NCBI RefSeq assembly: GCF_052425735.1
Contig: NC_135758.1
Coordinates: 16,988,001-17,052,000, forward strand
Length of the DNA stretch: 64,000 nucleotides
Source of the DNA: Oculina patagonica
Taxonomy: Eukaryota
Reading direction: 5' to 3'
Shown here: one piece after another, positions 55,801 through 64,000 of the stretch
Layout of the letters: each line of letters begins with the position of its first letter
How positions within the stretch are numbered: position 1 is the stretch's first letter
Notes under the pieces: model-generated
Seen by the model: the letters and a program-made list of their open reading frames with translations, nothing else
Databases searched by the model: none
What the model was told of the DNA's origin: nothing
Position numbers and translations under genes: made by a program

Positions 55801-57286
55801 AATACATTGTAGAACAAAACAGAATAGAATAAGACTTTAATTATAAACAGTTACTTTATCAGTTAGACTGGTTTACATAAAAGCCAGTCAGAGGCTAGCT
55901 GTTACACTTTTATTTGAGCAAATATGGTAGTTTAAAAACTAAACAGATATTAAATGAAAATACTTTGTGCAACTGTTAAGAACTTCTTTGGTAGAGATCC
56001 CCTCAGCTGACCAATGTCAAATCCGGTCTTGTTCTAAAACAAACAACGTTAACATCAACATTGCTTATTATATACCGTAACTGTTTGAATTCTAACTGTC
56101 AATACCTAGTCTAGACTAAATTTGTCAAATTGCTAATGGCTCAGTTTCCTGGTAAACAATACTGTCTTATTTTTCTTGATATATAAACCAAAACTCTCTG
56201 GTTTCTATGACCTATCCCAGACTTCTTGTTCGCGCAATTCCTTTTTGGTCCTTTTTTATTGTAAAAAAATTTTGAGACCAATAAAGTTGATAGATTCACT
56301 TTTTGCAGCTACAAATATCTATGTATCTTATAAATGGGAGTAGCTTGCCCAACCCCAACGGCCCAATTAAACCATTTACAGTAATGTAGGTAATTACAAG
56401 GTCAATAGAGCAGTTTTCAATTGAGTGTCGTAAAACCAAAACCAAAGTAATTACTCTGGCCAATCACAAAGGACACAGACAATCCAGTGAACCAATCAAA
56501 ACTCGAAGCAAATACATGTAGCTGGCACGAAGCGCGGGAAAACGTGCGCGAGCGAGTCGCGATTGGTTTTGGTTTTACTTCTGATTGGCTAAGAAAGTGG
56601 CGCGAGATTTTTAAGCCAATCACTAAGCATAGTAATTCAAAACCAAAGCAAACGCAATTTACTTTCGACACTCAAGTGAAAACCGCTTTAACTGACCTAG
56701 TAATTACCAAAGAGAATTATTTTCTTATAAAGACAGATAAATGACAAAATAGTGATTATAACTAGTTTATGACAAAAAGGTGCCTCTGCTAGGTGTTATA
56801 AATTATTTACAGTCAACTTGATCCAGCACCAAACACCACTGCCTTGTGTTCCATACAACAATTTCCCCACTGTTCCCGTTCCCATCCGGCCACGGCCCGC
56901 AGCAACAGAACGAGCTATAGCTAATCTCCGGTAATTTAGAAATGCATTGAAACAAAAGGGTCCCACAGTTTTACACTGAATGACAGGAAATATTGCTTCG
57001 GTAGCAATATGAGAAATTTATCACTTGCAGTGTCACTTGGTCTCCTCAATCTGGTTATCTGTTCAACAAATCTCCAACTTGACCGAGAACAACGCCACGT
57101 ATGACTTTTGCGAGTTAAACCGGCAATAAAAGAAACAAAATAGCTCTTGAAATTACGGAAAGCGAATTCAAAATTCCTTTCAAGCTAACACAAATAAACA
57201 CTTACCAAGATTTCTCCCCCAAGAGACCACTCTGCACGAATAAATACATCGTACAAAATGTGATCTCCTGCGACCCCGGCAGCCAT
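16832..57286 (-). CDS. NBAS: NBAS subunit of the NRZ tethering complex (neuroblastoma-amplified sequence; Sec39 domain), complete multi-exon gene
   Basis: About 63 phase-compatible GT-AG exons (coordinates +/-3): 57206-57286 (MAAGVAGDHILYDVFIRAEW), 55964-56033, 55354-55396, 54355-54438, 53923-53970, 53675-53718, 52111-52186 (PQWRKLAWSQDCSMLA), 51908-51965, 50769-50848, 50350-50406, 49779-49918, 47123-47226, 46873-46938, 46201-46329, 45252-45318, 44963-45009, 43943-43998, 43691-43781, 42953-43110, 42572-42627, 42201-42270 (STTPEELYARK), 41964-42089 (IEHEEYGEALVLAQTYGLDSDLVYQKQWRK), 40953-41197, 40265-40448, 39746-39882, 38879-39040, 37812-37888, 37609-37659, 37433-37486, 36605-36685, 34192-34317, 33519-33566, 33002-33075, 32816-32875, 32521-32583, 32217-32280, 31684-31742, 29862-29964, 28968-29305 (AAKEYFNSS), 28288-28367, 27993-28168, 27441-27483, 26563-26651, 26242-26286, 25762-26001, 25345-25480, 24951-25027, 23874-24174, 23530-23596 (GVDIGRFAQDPEYKRETILGLA), 23081-23191, 22584-22659, 22389-22505, 21921-21981, 21641-21756, 21310-21411, 20466-20686, 20151-20266, 19521-19731, 18801-19093, 18207-18348, 17988-18111, 17678-17806, 16832-17137 (EAGTLMLNYHGTHPALRTFDTA...*). 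The motifs are colinear with vertebrate NBAS. Confidence 0.95.
19765..19912 (+). mobile_element. tRNA-SINE internal fragment
   Basis: TTGTGTTCTTGGGCAAGACACTTTACTCTC...GGTAACCCTGCGATGGACTAGCAT, homologous to the fuller copy at 44285. Confidence 0.7.
20853..21021. mobile_element. Mini-MITE with TAGCCTG termini
   Basis: 22-bp perfect TIR TAGCCTGCGAGCAGGCTCTCTA and a CpG-rich self-complementary interior. The flanks GTTAAAAGT/GTTGAACAT could be a degenerate 9-bp TSD. Confidence 0.8.
24720..24913 (+). mobile_element. 3' tail of an L2/CR1-group LINE with (ATTG)n tail
   Basis: GC-rich terminal motif GCCTAGTCAGCCCCGTCAG, then AATAAA, then an (ATTG)n microsatellite at about 24891-24933. Confidence 0.45.
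26800..27040 (+). mobile_element. RTE-clade LINE 3' fragment
   Basis: Translates to DHPKVKLTWAPEGKHQKGRP...GFKAWYDARVCVKDQ, which resembles the RTE ORF C-terminus (LxWxPxGKRxRGRP). Confidence 0.65.
28657..28784. other. Assembly gap (128 N) within an NBAS intron
   Basis: Run of N. The flanking NBAS exons join in phase (LPLQ|VRLC). Confidence 0.99.
32433..32484. repeat. (AAAT)n microsatellite
   Basis: Direct reading. A similar tract lies at 55743-55803. Confidence 0.9.
35033..36030. mobile_element. About 1-kb non-autonomous TIR element
   Basis: Perfect 15-bp inverted repeat AGTGTAGTGTTTGAA / TTCAAACACTACACT enclosing a CpG-richer interior. Confidence 0.6.
36331..36563. mobile_element. hAT-like MITE
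   Basis: CAGGGCTC-AAAAAA ... TTTTTTCGAAGCCCTG ends, with GGCAAG/CTTGCC subterminal motifs. No TSD retained. Confidence 0.55.
38310..38380. repeat. (AGAGT)n/(AGGGT)n compound pentanucleotide repeat
   Basis: Direct reading. Confidence 0.9.
39162..39554. mobile_element. Kolobok-like MITE
   Basis: TTAC|AGGGACTGTGTCAC ... GTGACACAGTCTCT|TTAA. A related single end (TGACACAGACCCT|TTAA) is at about 31644-31660. Confidence 0.6.
41300..41910. mobile_element. Non-autonomous element with a long terminal hairpin
   Basis: 41751-41906 folds back: CTAATCGTACCTTTTTGGTACGCTT ... AAGCGTACCAAAAAGGTACGATTAG, with inner arms (GCATATCAGG/CCTGATATGC, TATTTTGGC/GCCAAAATA). Confidence 0.55.
44285..44580 (+). mobile_element. 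Near full-length tRNA-derived SINE
   Basis: A-box-like TAATGGTTAG and B-box GGTTCAAGCCC, CORE-like TTGGGCAAGACACTT, and a 3' end AGACTTTACCT. Other copies at 19765 (+) and 51163 (-). Confidence 0.75.
44740..44957 (+). mobile_element. Second SINE family (Deu/Nin-domain-like), 5'-truncated
   Basis: B-box GAGTTCAAATCC, then AGCCAACTGGTCTGCCTCCTGCCAGTTGGGATT, and a (CAT)n(TAT)n tail. The domain name is from memory. Confidence 0.55.
47922..49081 (+). mobile_element. 5'-truncated L2/CR1-group LINE (reverse transcriptase C-terminus, frameshifted), antisense in an NBAS intron
   Basis: YADDTQLY RT motif, WM...LKLNDDKTEFL, RIDYCNSLLYGLP, LQRVQNAAARL, then a 1-nt frameshift near 48490 to HITPVL..LHWLPVKFRIDFK...GDRAFSAAAPTLWN..LP...FKSKLKTFLF*. 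Followed by a 3'UTR and a (TAT)n tail. Confidence 0.93.
51163..51612 (-). mobile_element. tRNA-SINE copy (same family as 44285) interrupted by an insert of about 140 bp
   Basis: Reverse complement of the head, core and (TTTACC)n tail, with unrelated sequence at about 51259-51400. Confidence 0.7.
52760..53263. mobile_element. Non-autonomous element with two hairpins and TTCGGA repeats
   Basis: Hairpin at 52801-52860, about 10 TTCGGA(AA) units at 52935-53072, and a terminal hairpin at about 53110-53262 (ATAATACATGGTTGC...GCAACCATGTATTAT). Confidence 0.6.
56406..56690 (+). mobile_element. CCAAT-rich MITE of about 285 bp (multi-copy family)
   Basis: TAGAGCAGTTTTCA ... TGAAAACCGCTTTA inverted ends. 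Other copies at about 27775-27960, 39950-40235 (-), 54535-54700 and 62525-62830 (-). Confidence 0.8.
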
Positions 57287-57547
57287 GATGGAATTCTTCA
57301 TTCTTCAGAGGAGACTGAGAACCAGCCTTCTCATTGGCCACAGAAGATCACGTGAGATGCCGCACACCACAAAACCGCCATCTTTGAAATCGAAAATATT
57401 CACTTGCTGGTGATTCGATCGCATTTTGGCTGTTTTTCCTTCTTGAAAAGAAGTGCATTACTCAATTTGTACCTCGCGTGAAGACAAACTCAAGTTTTAA
57501 AAGTCTCATCAACAACCTACTGGCTTTTTCTTACGATCAAGCCACTA
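57287..57547. promoter_or_regulatory. Bidirectional promoter/5'UTR region shared by NBAS and securin
   Basis: 261 bp between divergent ATGs. Contains reverse CCAAT (ATTGG 57333-57337), E-box TCACGTGA (57348-57355), YY1-like CCGCCATCTT (57375-57384) and CHR-like TTTGAA (57383-57388). Confidence 0.7.
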
Positions 57548-60500
57548 ATGGCGACGGAAACAGCCTTCAGACCTAGCGTGGATCAAGAAAATGCTCAAGC
57601 CTTGAATATCAAAGGAGGAAATGTATCAGGTATAAAATTAAAGTTACTTGTTGTGGGTTGCAAAAAACCATTGGGTGAAATACCGACAAGGTTCATTATA
57701 TCTACATGTAAAACAACAGGGACTCACTTGACAATGTTGTTCATATTTGTTGTATTTGACTTCACACAGGTAGAAGTTTTGGTGCTGCAAAATCTTTCCA
57801 GTCAAACAATGCACCTTTAGCTACCCCACGACGTGCACTGGGAGATGTAAAAAACACTATTCAGCCTACTACTACAAAGGCCAAGAAGGGACTCGCATTA
57901 AAACCCAACAAGCTAGTAGGCAAGACGCCTACAACAACAAAGATATTTCAAGGTCGTACAGGGACCCCAGCAACTAAAGGACTGCCACTCTTACAACAAA
58001 TAAGCTCTGCGGGTTTTAAACAGAGTAGCAAACAGAAGCAGGCATTAAATGTGAAGACTGCAGAGAAACAAAGAGTTAAAACAGAACAAGACCATTGTCA
58101 AAAAGAAGTGATGTATCCATTTACAGACAAAGGTACATTATTTAAAAATAAGAAAAACATACACTGTAGTGTGTAACAAACACAAGAGTAAGTTTGTGTG
58201 ACCTATTAAGTTTGTGTGTTGACCAGACTTGTACAAGGACTTGAGTTATTCTAGACTTGCTCCAAGTAGCTCGTTGGATCGTAGGTACTGCAGGATACGG
58301 AAACGGAGGGTGTGCAAGGGCATAAAAACAAAATGGCGGAGAATCGTGGTGGAACAAGCGACTTGTCTCACCTGCAGCATGCCAATTCTGAAATGTTGCG
58401 TCACCAGTGGCTTTTTTCACCAGTGATGCCATCGAGATTATGCCAATCATATATTTGTGTGCGAGCTTACTGAGCGCGCTTTGCTCACCAACTTAACACG
58501 CTCTGCTCATGAGACACGCTGGCGTTTTTACCTCTCTAGTAGACTTGTTTCCCTTACATGGTCAGTTAAACCAGTTTTGGAACAAACATAACAAATGTCT
58601 TCTTTTGTGCTTGTCCCTTGACATCACCCTTAATCATGTTAATGGCACATGTCAACTGCACACAGCGCACAAAACTGACGTCAGCACGATAAAAAAGCCA
58701 ACTCAATGCACACCAAATGATTCAATTTTTCGCGGCAAAAAAACGTCAGCTAGAATCGATTTCCTGCAAGTGACACAATTCACAGGTTCCGAGCCATTCC
58801 TTGATTGAGTGTGCTTCGTGCATCACACATGGACAAATAAATCCTGCGCGGTCACTCACATGGGATTTCAATGTAATCTTATTCAAGTAACTCTATAGAC
58901 ACAAAACGAGCGACTTGGGGCAAGTCTAGAGTTATTCCAACTCAACTGATTGCTTGCATCAAGCTACGTAGGTGTAGAGAAGTGACCATAAACTTGTTCA
59001 AATATATAATAATGTGTTTATATACACCCTTTAGTAAACACCAAGTCATCTTAATCTGGAATCACATGCATAAAAGAAAATTAAAACATCAGACCCATTT
59101 TCAAACTTTTTTCCTCCCACCCTAGTCCTTGCTTTGGTAGTTCAGTGATCAGGTGTCAGCAGTCCAGGAAATGTTCAGGAACTGTTTTATAGTCTACATG
59201 TATGTTTGTTTAGCTTAAACTTTTAGTATTGGCCTTCATTCATCAAGAAGAAGTAGTGAAGATAGGATAGATAGCAAGATAAACTGTAGCTAGGAATAAA
59301 AGGAACAAAATGGGATTAAGATAGGATCCTCAAAGATCTGACAAACATCATTGAAGATGCTTGAAGGGTTTTTACCAGGGTTAGTTAGTAAAATAATATT
59401 TTTACTCTTTTATTCCATCCAGAGGGCATCCTACCAAGATCAAACTATGTTTCAGCAATCTTGAAGAATGTTGGAGCTCTTTATTATGGCTGTCAGTTTA
59501 GACCTCAGTCTTGTACTGATTCAGATTCTGAATTCAATGCAGCAAACTTTGTCCACTTTGAAAATGAAAGAAGACCAACAAAAGGTATACAAGACCCATA
59601 AAACTCTTCTTTATAAACACCAGTATCTTATTTCTCCTATTTCTGTTTACTTTAATCTGTGTTCTCACCAACCGTTACATGATTGATATTGGTTATTAAA
59701 TGCTGTCACTTGCATCTAAGTGTGAACACTCGCCACTGAAACATGATCTAATTGGGTATTACCGGTAAGCGTGGCATGATTCGTCATCAAATGTTGAAGC
59801 TTGGCAGACTGTAATTGCAACTTTTGTGCCAAAAGTTCAACACATTCTGCTTTTGAAATGGCGGAAAGATTTTTTCTGAAAAGTTGATCCTGAACTGTGT
59901 CAATATGCATTTGCAGGTTCACTTGAATCACTTCTAGTGTAAAGTTTCGCCTGCAAGCAGCCTCCCCTGTTTGGGTTGTGCATGAGTATCTAATGACACA
60001 AGGGGGATTGGGCCATTGCACAAGGCCTCACCCTATTCCCCTTTCTGGCTTGCTTTACTAACCAGCAACACTGTAACTTATAGGCTTTACTGGTCATGGC
60101 AATTTGAAATCCAAACATAAGATTTGTATAAAGCACATATCTTGAGAAAGCCAAGTAAAGGACTAAACCTGACCAAAATGGTTTTTGAATACAAGATGTT
60201 GAAGTCTGTCGTGGGTTTTCAGAATTGTGAACAAAGTAACTTGATGGGTATAGCATGTACCTGCCAGAATATAACATACCAGTATATCTGTTGTGGTTCA
60301 ATTTTACCCTTGGTTCAATTTGTTTTATATGACAATACAACAGAACAAAGGAAAATACCAAATTGTACCAAGGATAAAATTGAACCACAACATATCCACT
60401 ACTGAAAGTAATTTGAAGGTAATTATAAAACAATTCACTTTATGGGTTTTTTCTGCTTACAACAACTTTCTCTACTATCAATCTTTCTTACTATAATAGT

Positions 60501-60694
60501 TGAAAGAGAACCACTGAGGTTATTTATTAAAACTCTAACATGCATGTATCTTGATGTTTATAGATACTGTCTTTGATTCACTTCCATTTGAGGGAGAACT
60601 GGATTCATTAACTCAAGGCCTTGATACACTCAGCCTCCCAGATATAGAATTGCCACCTGTCGACATTGATACTCTGGGACTTGGTTTATTGTAG
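57548..60694 (+). CDS. PTTG1: Securin (PTTG1-like separase inhibitor), 4 exons, 245 aa
   Basis: Exons 57548-57629, 57770-58132, 59423-59584 and 60564-60694 total 738 nt in frame. N-terminus MATETAFRPSVDQEN (cf. human MATLIYVDKEN). D-box TPRRALGDVKN. Basic N-half. QKEVMYPF aligns with human EIEKFFPF. Acidic C-terminus LPDIELPPVDID (cf. LDVELPPV). AATAAA at 61024. Confidence 0.8.
58252..58928. mobile_element. 677-bp MITE with TAG termini and 9-bp TSD in securin intron 2
   Basis: TAGACTTGCTCCAAGTAGCTCGTT / AACGAGCGACTTGGGGCAAGTCTA, with GAGTTATTC on both sides (58243-58251, 58929-58937). Confidence 0.85.
60289..60392. mobile_element. Small foldback MITE
   Basis: TGTTGTGGTTCAATTTTA-CCTTGGT / ACCAAGG-TAAAATTGAACCACAACA arms. 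A degenerate relative is at about 2017-2180. Confidence 0.65.
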
Positions 60695-61189
60695 AAATAG
60701 AATATTTATACATAAGTTGTAAATTAATTCTATATTAGAACTTCGTAATTAGATTGTTCCTTTAGAATATATCATCTTCATGTGCTTGTGTTCTTTTTTG
60801 TACATTTTTGGAACATGTTGATTTTGTTGTTGTAGATCCCTAAATTTTTTACAGTGATGTGCTAACAAAATTATTTTCATTTGTCTTTACACTCAAGACT
60901 ACATACTCTTTTAAATTCCATCAGCTAATTTTTTTCATACTTGTGAGATATCTTTGTTATATTTACTGAAACATTTACTGAATTTTGATCCAACCGGCTC
61001 TGTAGAAAATGAATTATGCTGTAAATAAATGTATATTTTGTTTTTGATGACTGTTTGAGTTCTCCTTATCATACATTTTCTTTGCAATGTAATTCATTCA
61101 TGAAATGAATATATGAAATTTATATATTTGTACTGCGGATATACATTTTAAGCAAATGAAAGATCATCGCAGTAATGTACTCAACTTAA

Positions 61190-62098
61190 GGACCGTGCCT
61201 CCTATTGCTACTGCGCACTTATTCTGCGCATCACGCAATGCATCGATCACACTGGGCGTGCGCGCTTTTGATTAATTTGCTCGCTTAAAATGACGAATTC
61301 AACTACGCGACTAAGCGCGCGACTAAAAAGCAAGAAAGATTTCTCTGCGACGAAATCCAGTTTATGGACATATACTAAGCCAGGAACAGTGGAAAAGCAA
61401 CATATCAGTAACCATTGATCGCTAACCACTGAAAAATGGCTTACATTAAAAGTTAAAAACAAATCGCTAAGCGCTAAAACGTAACCCGCAAACTGCTAAC
61501 TACAAATAGCGTAGTGCACGCGCGAGATGCAAATATTCAACTCGCTAGGGAGGGGAAAGGAAAATGTAACAGACCCTTAAAGCGATTCCATAGAACCTGA
61601 AAACAACTGGTATAACTTTTAAAAACGCGTGGTGACCCCTACTTTTTATTTTATAAAATGAAAGTGGAAAGTCTATAGAGCACATGTTTATTTTTTCATT
61701 AAGTGAAAAAAAAAATTAGGCCAATTTTCTGGCCGCGCAAGTGAGAGCTGCTAGAGTCAAAAATAGCTCAAACGCAATTATTTTGTTAATAAAAACGTGG
61801 ATCACGCAGTTCCGAAGACATTAGTTATTAGTTATTTTAAAGATTGTTATATTTAATGATGATTTTGTTCATGAAAAAACAATTTCAAACGGAATTTGCA
61901 AGGAAATTGTATTTAGTTTTACTTTATTTTAAAATGCTACGTCAGCACTTTTTTCCAGGTTTCAAACCTTATTATCTCGAAATTTTGCGTGGCTACCCCC
62001 AATTTTCTTTTTGAATTTTAGTAGCCCTTGGTAACATCTACATTTCTTGCATAGTCATCGGCCGGGCAAAAATACCTTGCCATTAGTAGGCACCGTCC
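61190..62098. mobile_element. Kolobok-like non-autonomous DNA transposon, TTAA TSD
   Basis: TTAA|GGACCGTGCCTCCTATTG ... CATTAGTAGGCACCGTCC|TTAA. The empty site (CAAC-TTAA-GCAG) is shown by the uninterrupted inverted arm at about 62278-62290. Confidence 0.88.
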
Positions 62099-62134
62099 TT
62101 AAGCAGTTGAGAAAAGCAAGCCTGAAAAAAATTC

Positions 62135-62208
62135 AGGCTTGAACGGGAATCGAACCCATGACCTCTGCGATACTAGTGCAGCGCTCTAACCAACTGAGCT
62201 ATCAAGCC
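62135..62208 (-). tRNA. tRNA-Thr(AGT)-like cloverleaf (probably a SINE head or pseudo-tRNA)
   Basis: GGCTTGA/TCAAGCC acceptor stem, D-arm GCTC-AGTTGGTTA-GAGC, anticodon loop CT-AGT-AT (one A-C stem mismatch), T-arm GGTTCGATTCC, and a T7 run just downstream. Confidence 0.45.
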
Positions 62209-62347
62209 AACTGGGAGCTGGTCACTTGGGTTCGATTCCCGTTCAAGCCTGAATTTTTTTCAGGCTTGCTTTTCTCAACTGCTTAAGTTGAGTACATTAC
62301 TGCGATGATCTTTCATTTGCTTAAAATGTAATTCATTCACTTATTTA

Positions 62348-62520
62348 CAGTGGAATCCCGATTTTTTGAACCTCCAAGAGAAACACTTATCAGTTTGAGA
62401 AAAAGGGGTGTGAAATTAAGGATTGAATTGTAGAGTTCAAATGAGGCAACGGAATGACTTTTGGTTTGAGTTATCTGGAGGTTCAAGCAATTGAGGGTTC
62501 CAGAAATCCGGATTCCATTG
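62348..62520. mobile_element. Tc1/mariner (pogo-like) MITE, TA TSD
   Basis: TA|CAGTGGAATCCCG ... CGGGATTCCATTG|TA. Older copies are at about 33978-34153 and 40746-40900. Confidence 0.7.
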
Positions 62521-62920
62521 TATCTAGAGCGGTTTTCGCTTGAGTGTTGAGTGTTGAAACCCTTAATTTTTGTTAGCTTTGGTTTTGCATTACTTCACTT
62601 TGTGACTGGTTTAAAAATCTTATGCCACTTTTTCAGCCAATCAAAACTTTCGCTTGCACATCACTGCCCCTGGGTCTCTGAGGATGTGTTTTCCTGGGCT
62701 TCGTGCTGGCTACATATATTTGCTTTGCGTTTTGATTGGTTCACTGGTTTGTCTATGGCCTTTGTGATTGGCCAAAGTACTGTTATTACTTTGCTTTTGG
62801 TTTTATGACACTCAATTGAAAATTTCTGTATTTGTATATTGTCTTAATAATTGTCTTTTTTTAGAAATTACAATTTAATGTCTTAAATGGTCTTCAATAT
62901 TCACATTATAAAACGAAATA

Positions 62921-63322
62921 GGCCATCCCAATAAAATGTGTCGTTTCCCATCGCCCGACCGACCCATTTTTTTCGAAAAGTAAAAAAAAAAAAAAAAAAT
63001 TTCAGATTCACTAGTTAAAGAAGCAAGTACTTCAATTTACAAGCACACGATCTTGTTTTATTAACAACGATTGGTATATGATGTCTTTGTCTTTAATAAA
63101 TATCGATACTACGTTATTTAAAGACTGTTTAGACATTTGATAAGGAATAACGAACGAAAAGACCACGTTTTCGAGTTGACTTTTTAATCAGGCTTTCTTA
63201 CTTAGCAGCCCGGCCTTCTCTGGAACCCAAGTGTTTTTTTTTTTTTTTTTTTTGCCCGACCGACCGACCCATCATCACAAAAGACGGGGCGATGGGAAAC
63301 GAAACAATTTATTGGGATGGCC
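62921..63322. mobile_element. PIF/Harbinger-like MITE, 3-bp TSD
   Basis: ATA|GGCCATCCCAATAAA...CGTTTCCCATCGCCC ... GGGCGATGGGAAACG...TTTATTGGGATGGCC|ATA. Confidence 0.8.
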
Positions 63323-64000
63323 ATACAAAAGAGTAAAAAGAAACAAAGAAAACCAAATAAGTGGACAATGGAGTCCAAGGACACAAGTTATTATTTATAG
63401 AACACATTCAGCCCGAAAATGAAAATTGTTCTTATATATAAAAAAAATGGCTGCCAGTTAGATAAGAATTACCTACTAGGAAACAGTACTGAGTATTAAT
63501 GCCTAGGCCACCGTAGTTCATCATCTTTATGCAGTATTTATTTTTAGAAACAACTTTAAGAACACCTTACATTTGTAAGAACATTTTCAGCCTAATTTTA
63601 CAGAAAACACCCGATATATAGCTAATCTTCCAAAACACGTTCTTTTATGCGGGTTTTATTTAACCCCGTTTTATCTAACTGGACAAAGAAACATGTACAA
63701 CTATTATACGTCTGCAATGTTTGTCGTACTAACTTGAAAACCGAGGTTCACCATGAAGTGGGAAGCCGGACGTTGGACGGTTGGGAAGTCCGAAATAGGA
63801 AGTCATATTGCGACAGCGGTCACGGCGAGTTTCAGTTGATAGTTTGAGAATATTAACGGCATGCTAAAAGGAACACGTCACTAAAACCTTCTTCATAAAA
63901 TGCCTTTATTTTGCTTTCATTTTGCTTTATTTGGCGCATTGTCTTCTTTGATCATAACATTGCTGATTCAAGGCGATTTTGGCGAGTTTATTCCCTCCCC

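Larger units (their letters stand above)
61101..62330 (-). mobile_element. tRNA-Thr-derived SINE-like element with an inverted partial duplicate, interrupted by a TTAA element
   Basis: Full copy on the minus strand (61101-61189 plus 62103-62226) and an inverted 104-bp arm at 62227-62330. The 15-bp direct repeat AATGTAATTCATTCA occurs at 61086-61100 and 62325-62339. Confidence 0.75.

Overview
AT-rich, intron-rich animal DNA. The repeat families and gene structures suggest an anthozoan cnidarian, probably a stony coral (inference). Three protein-coding genes were reconstructed by hand from GT-AG splice sites and protein similarity. (1) The 3' exons of CIAO2A/FAM96A (+, 993-3367). (2) A complete NBAS gene (-, 16832-57286, about 63 exons). 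(3) A divergent securin/PTTG1-like gene (+, 57548-60694, 4 exons, 245 aa), head-to-head with NBAS with only 261 bp between the two ATGs. A possible fourth spliced transcript with no long ORF lies at about 11.2-16.6 kb. The rest is mostly transposable elements: TTAA-flanked Kolobok/piggyBac-like elements (one 5 kb with about 550-bp arms), a Helitron candidate, hAT, Harbinger, Tc1 and 9-bp-TSD MITEs, L2/CR1 and RTE LINE fragments, and tRNA-SINEs, including an odd inverted-duplicated tRNA-Thr element. There is one 128-N assembly gap. Most short ORFs in the track are spurious. I see no firm evidence of a wholly new system. The best leads are the securin with its shared promoter, the orphan spliced transcript and the palindromic tRNA element. 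All gene and TE family names rest on recalled similarity, not on searches.
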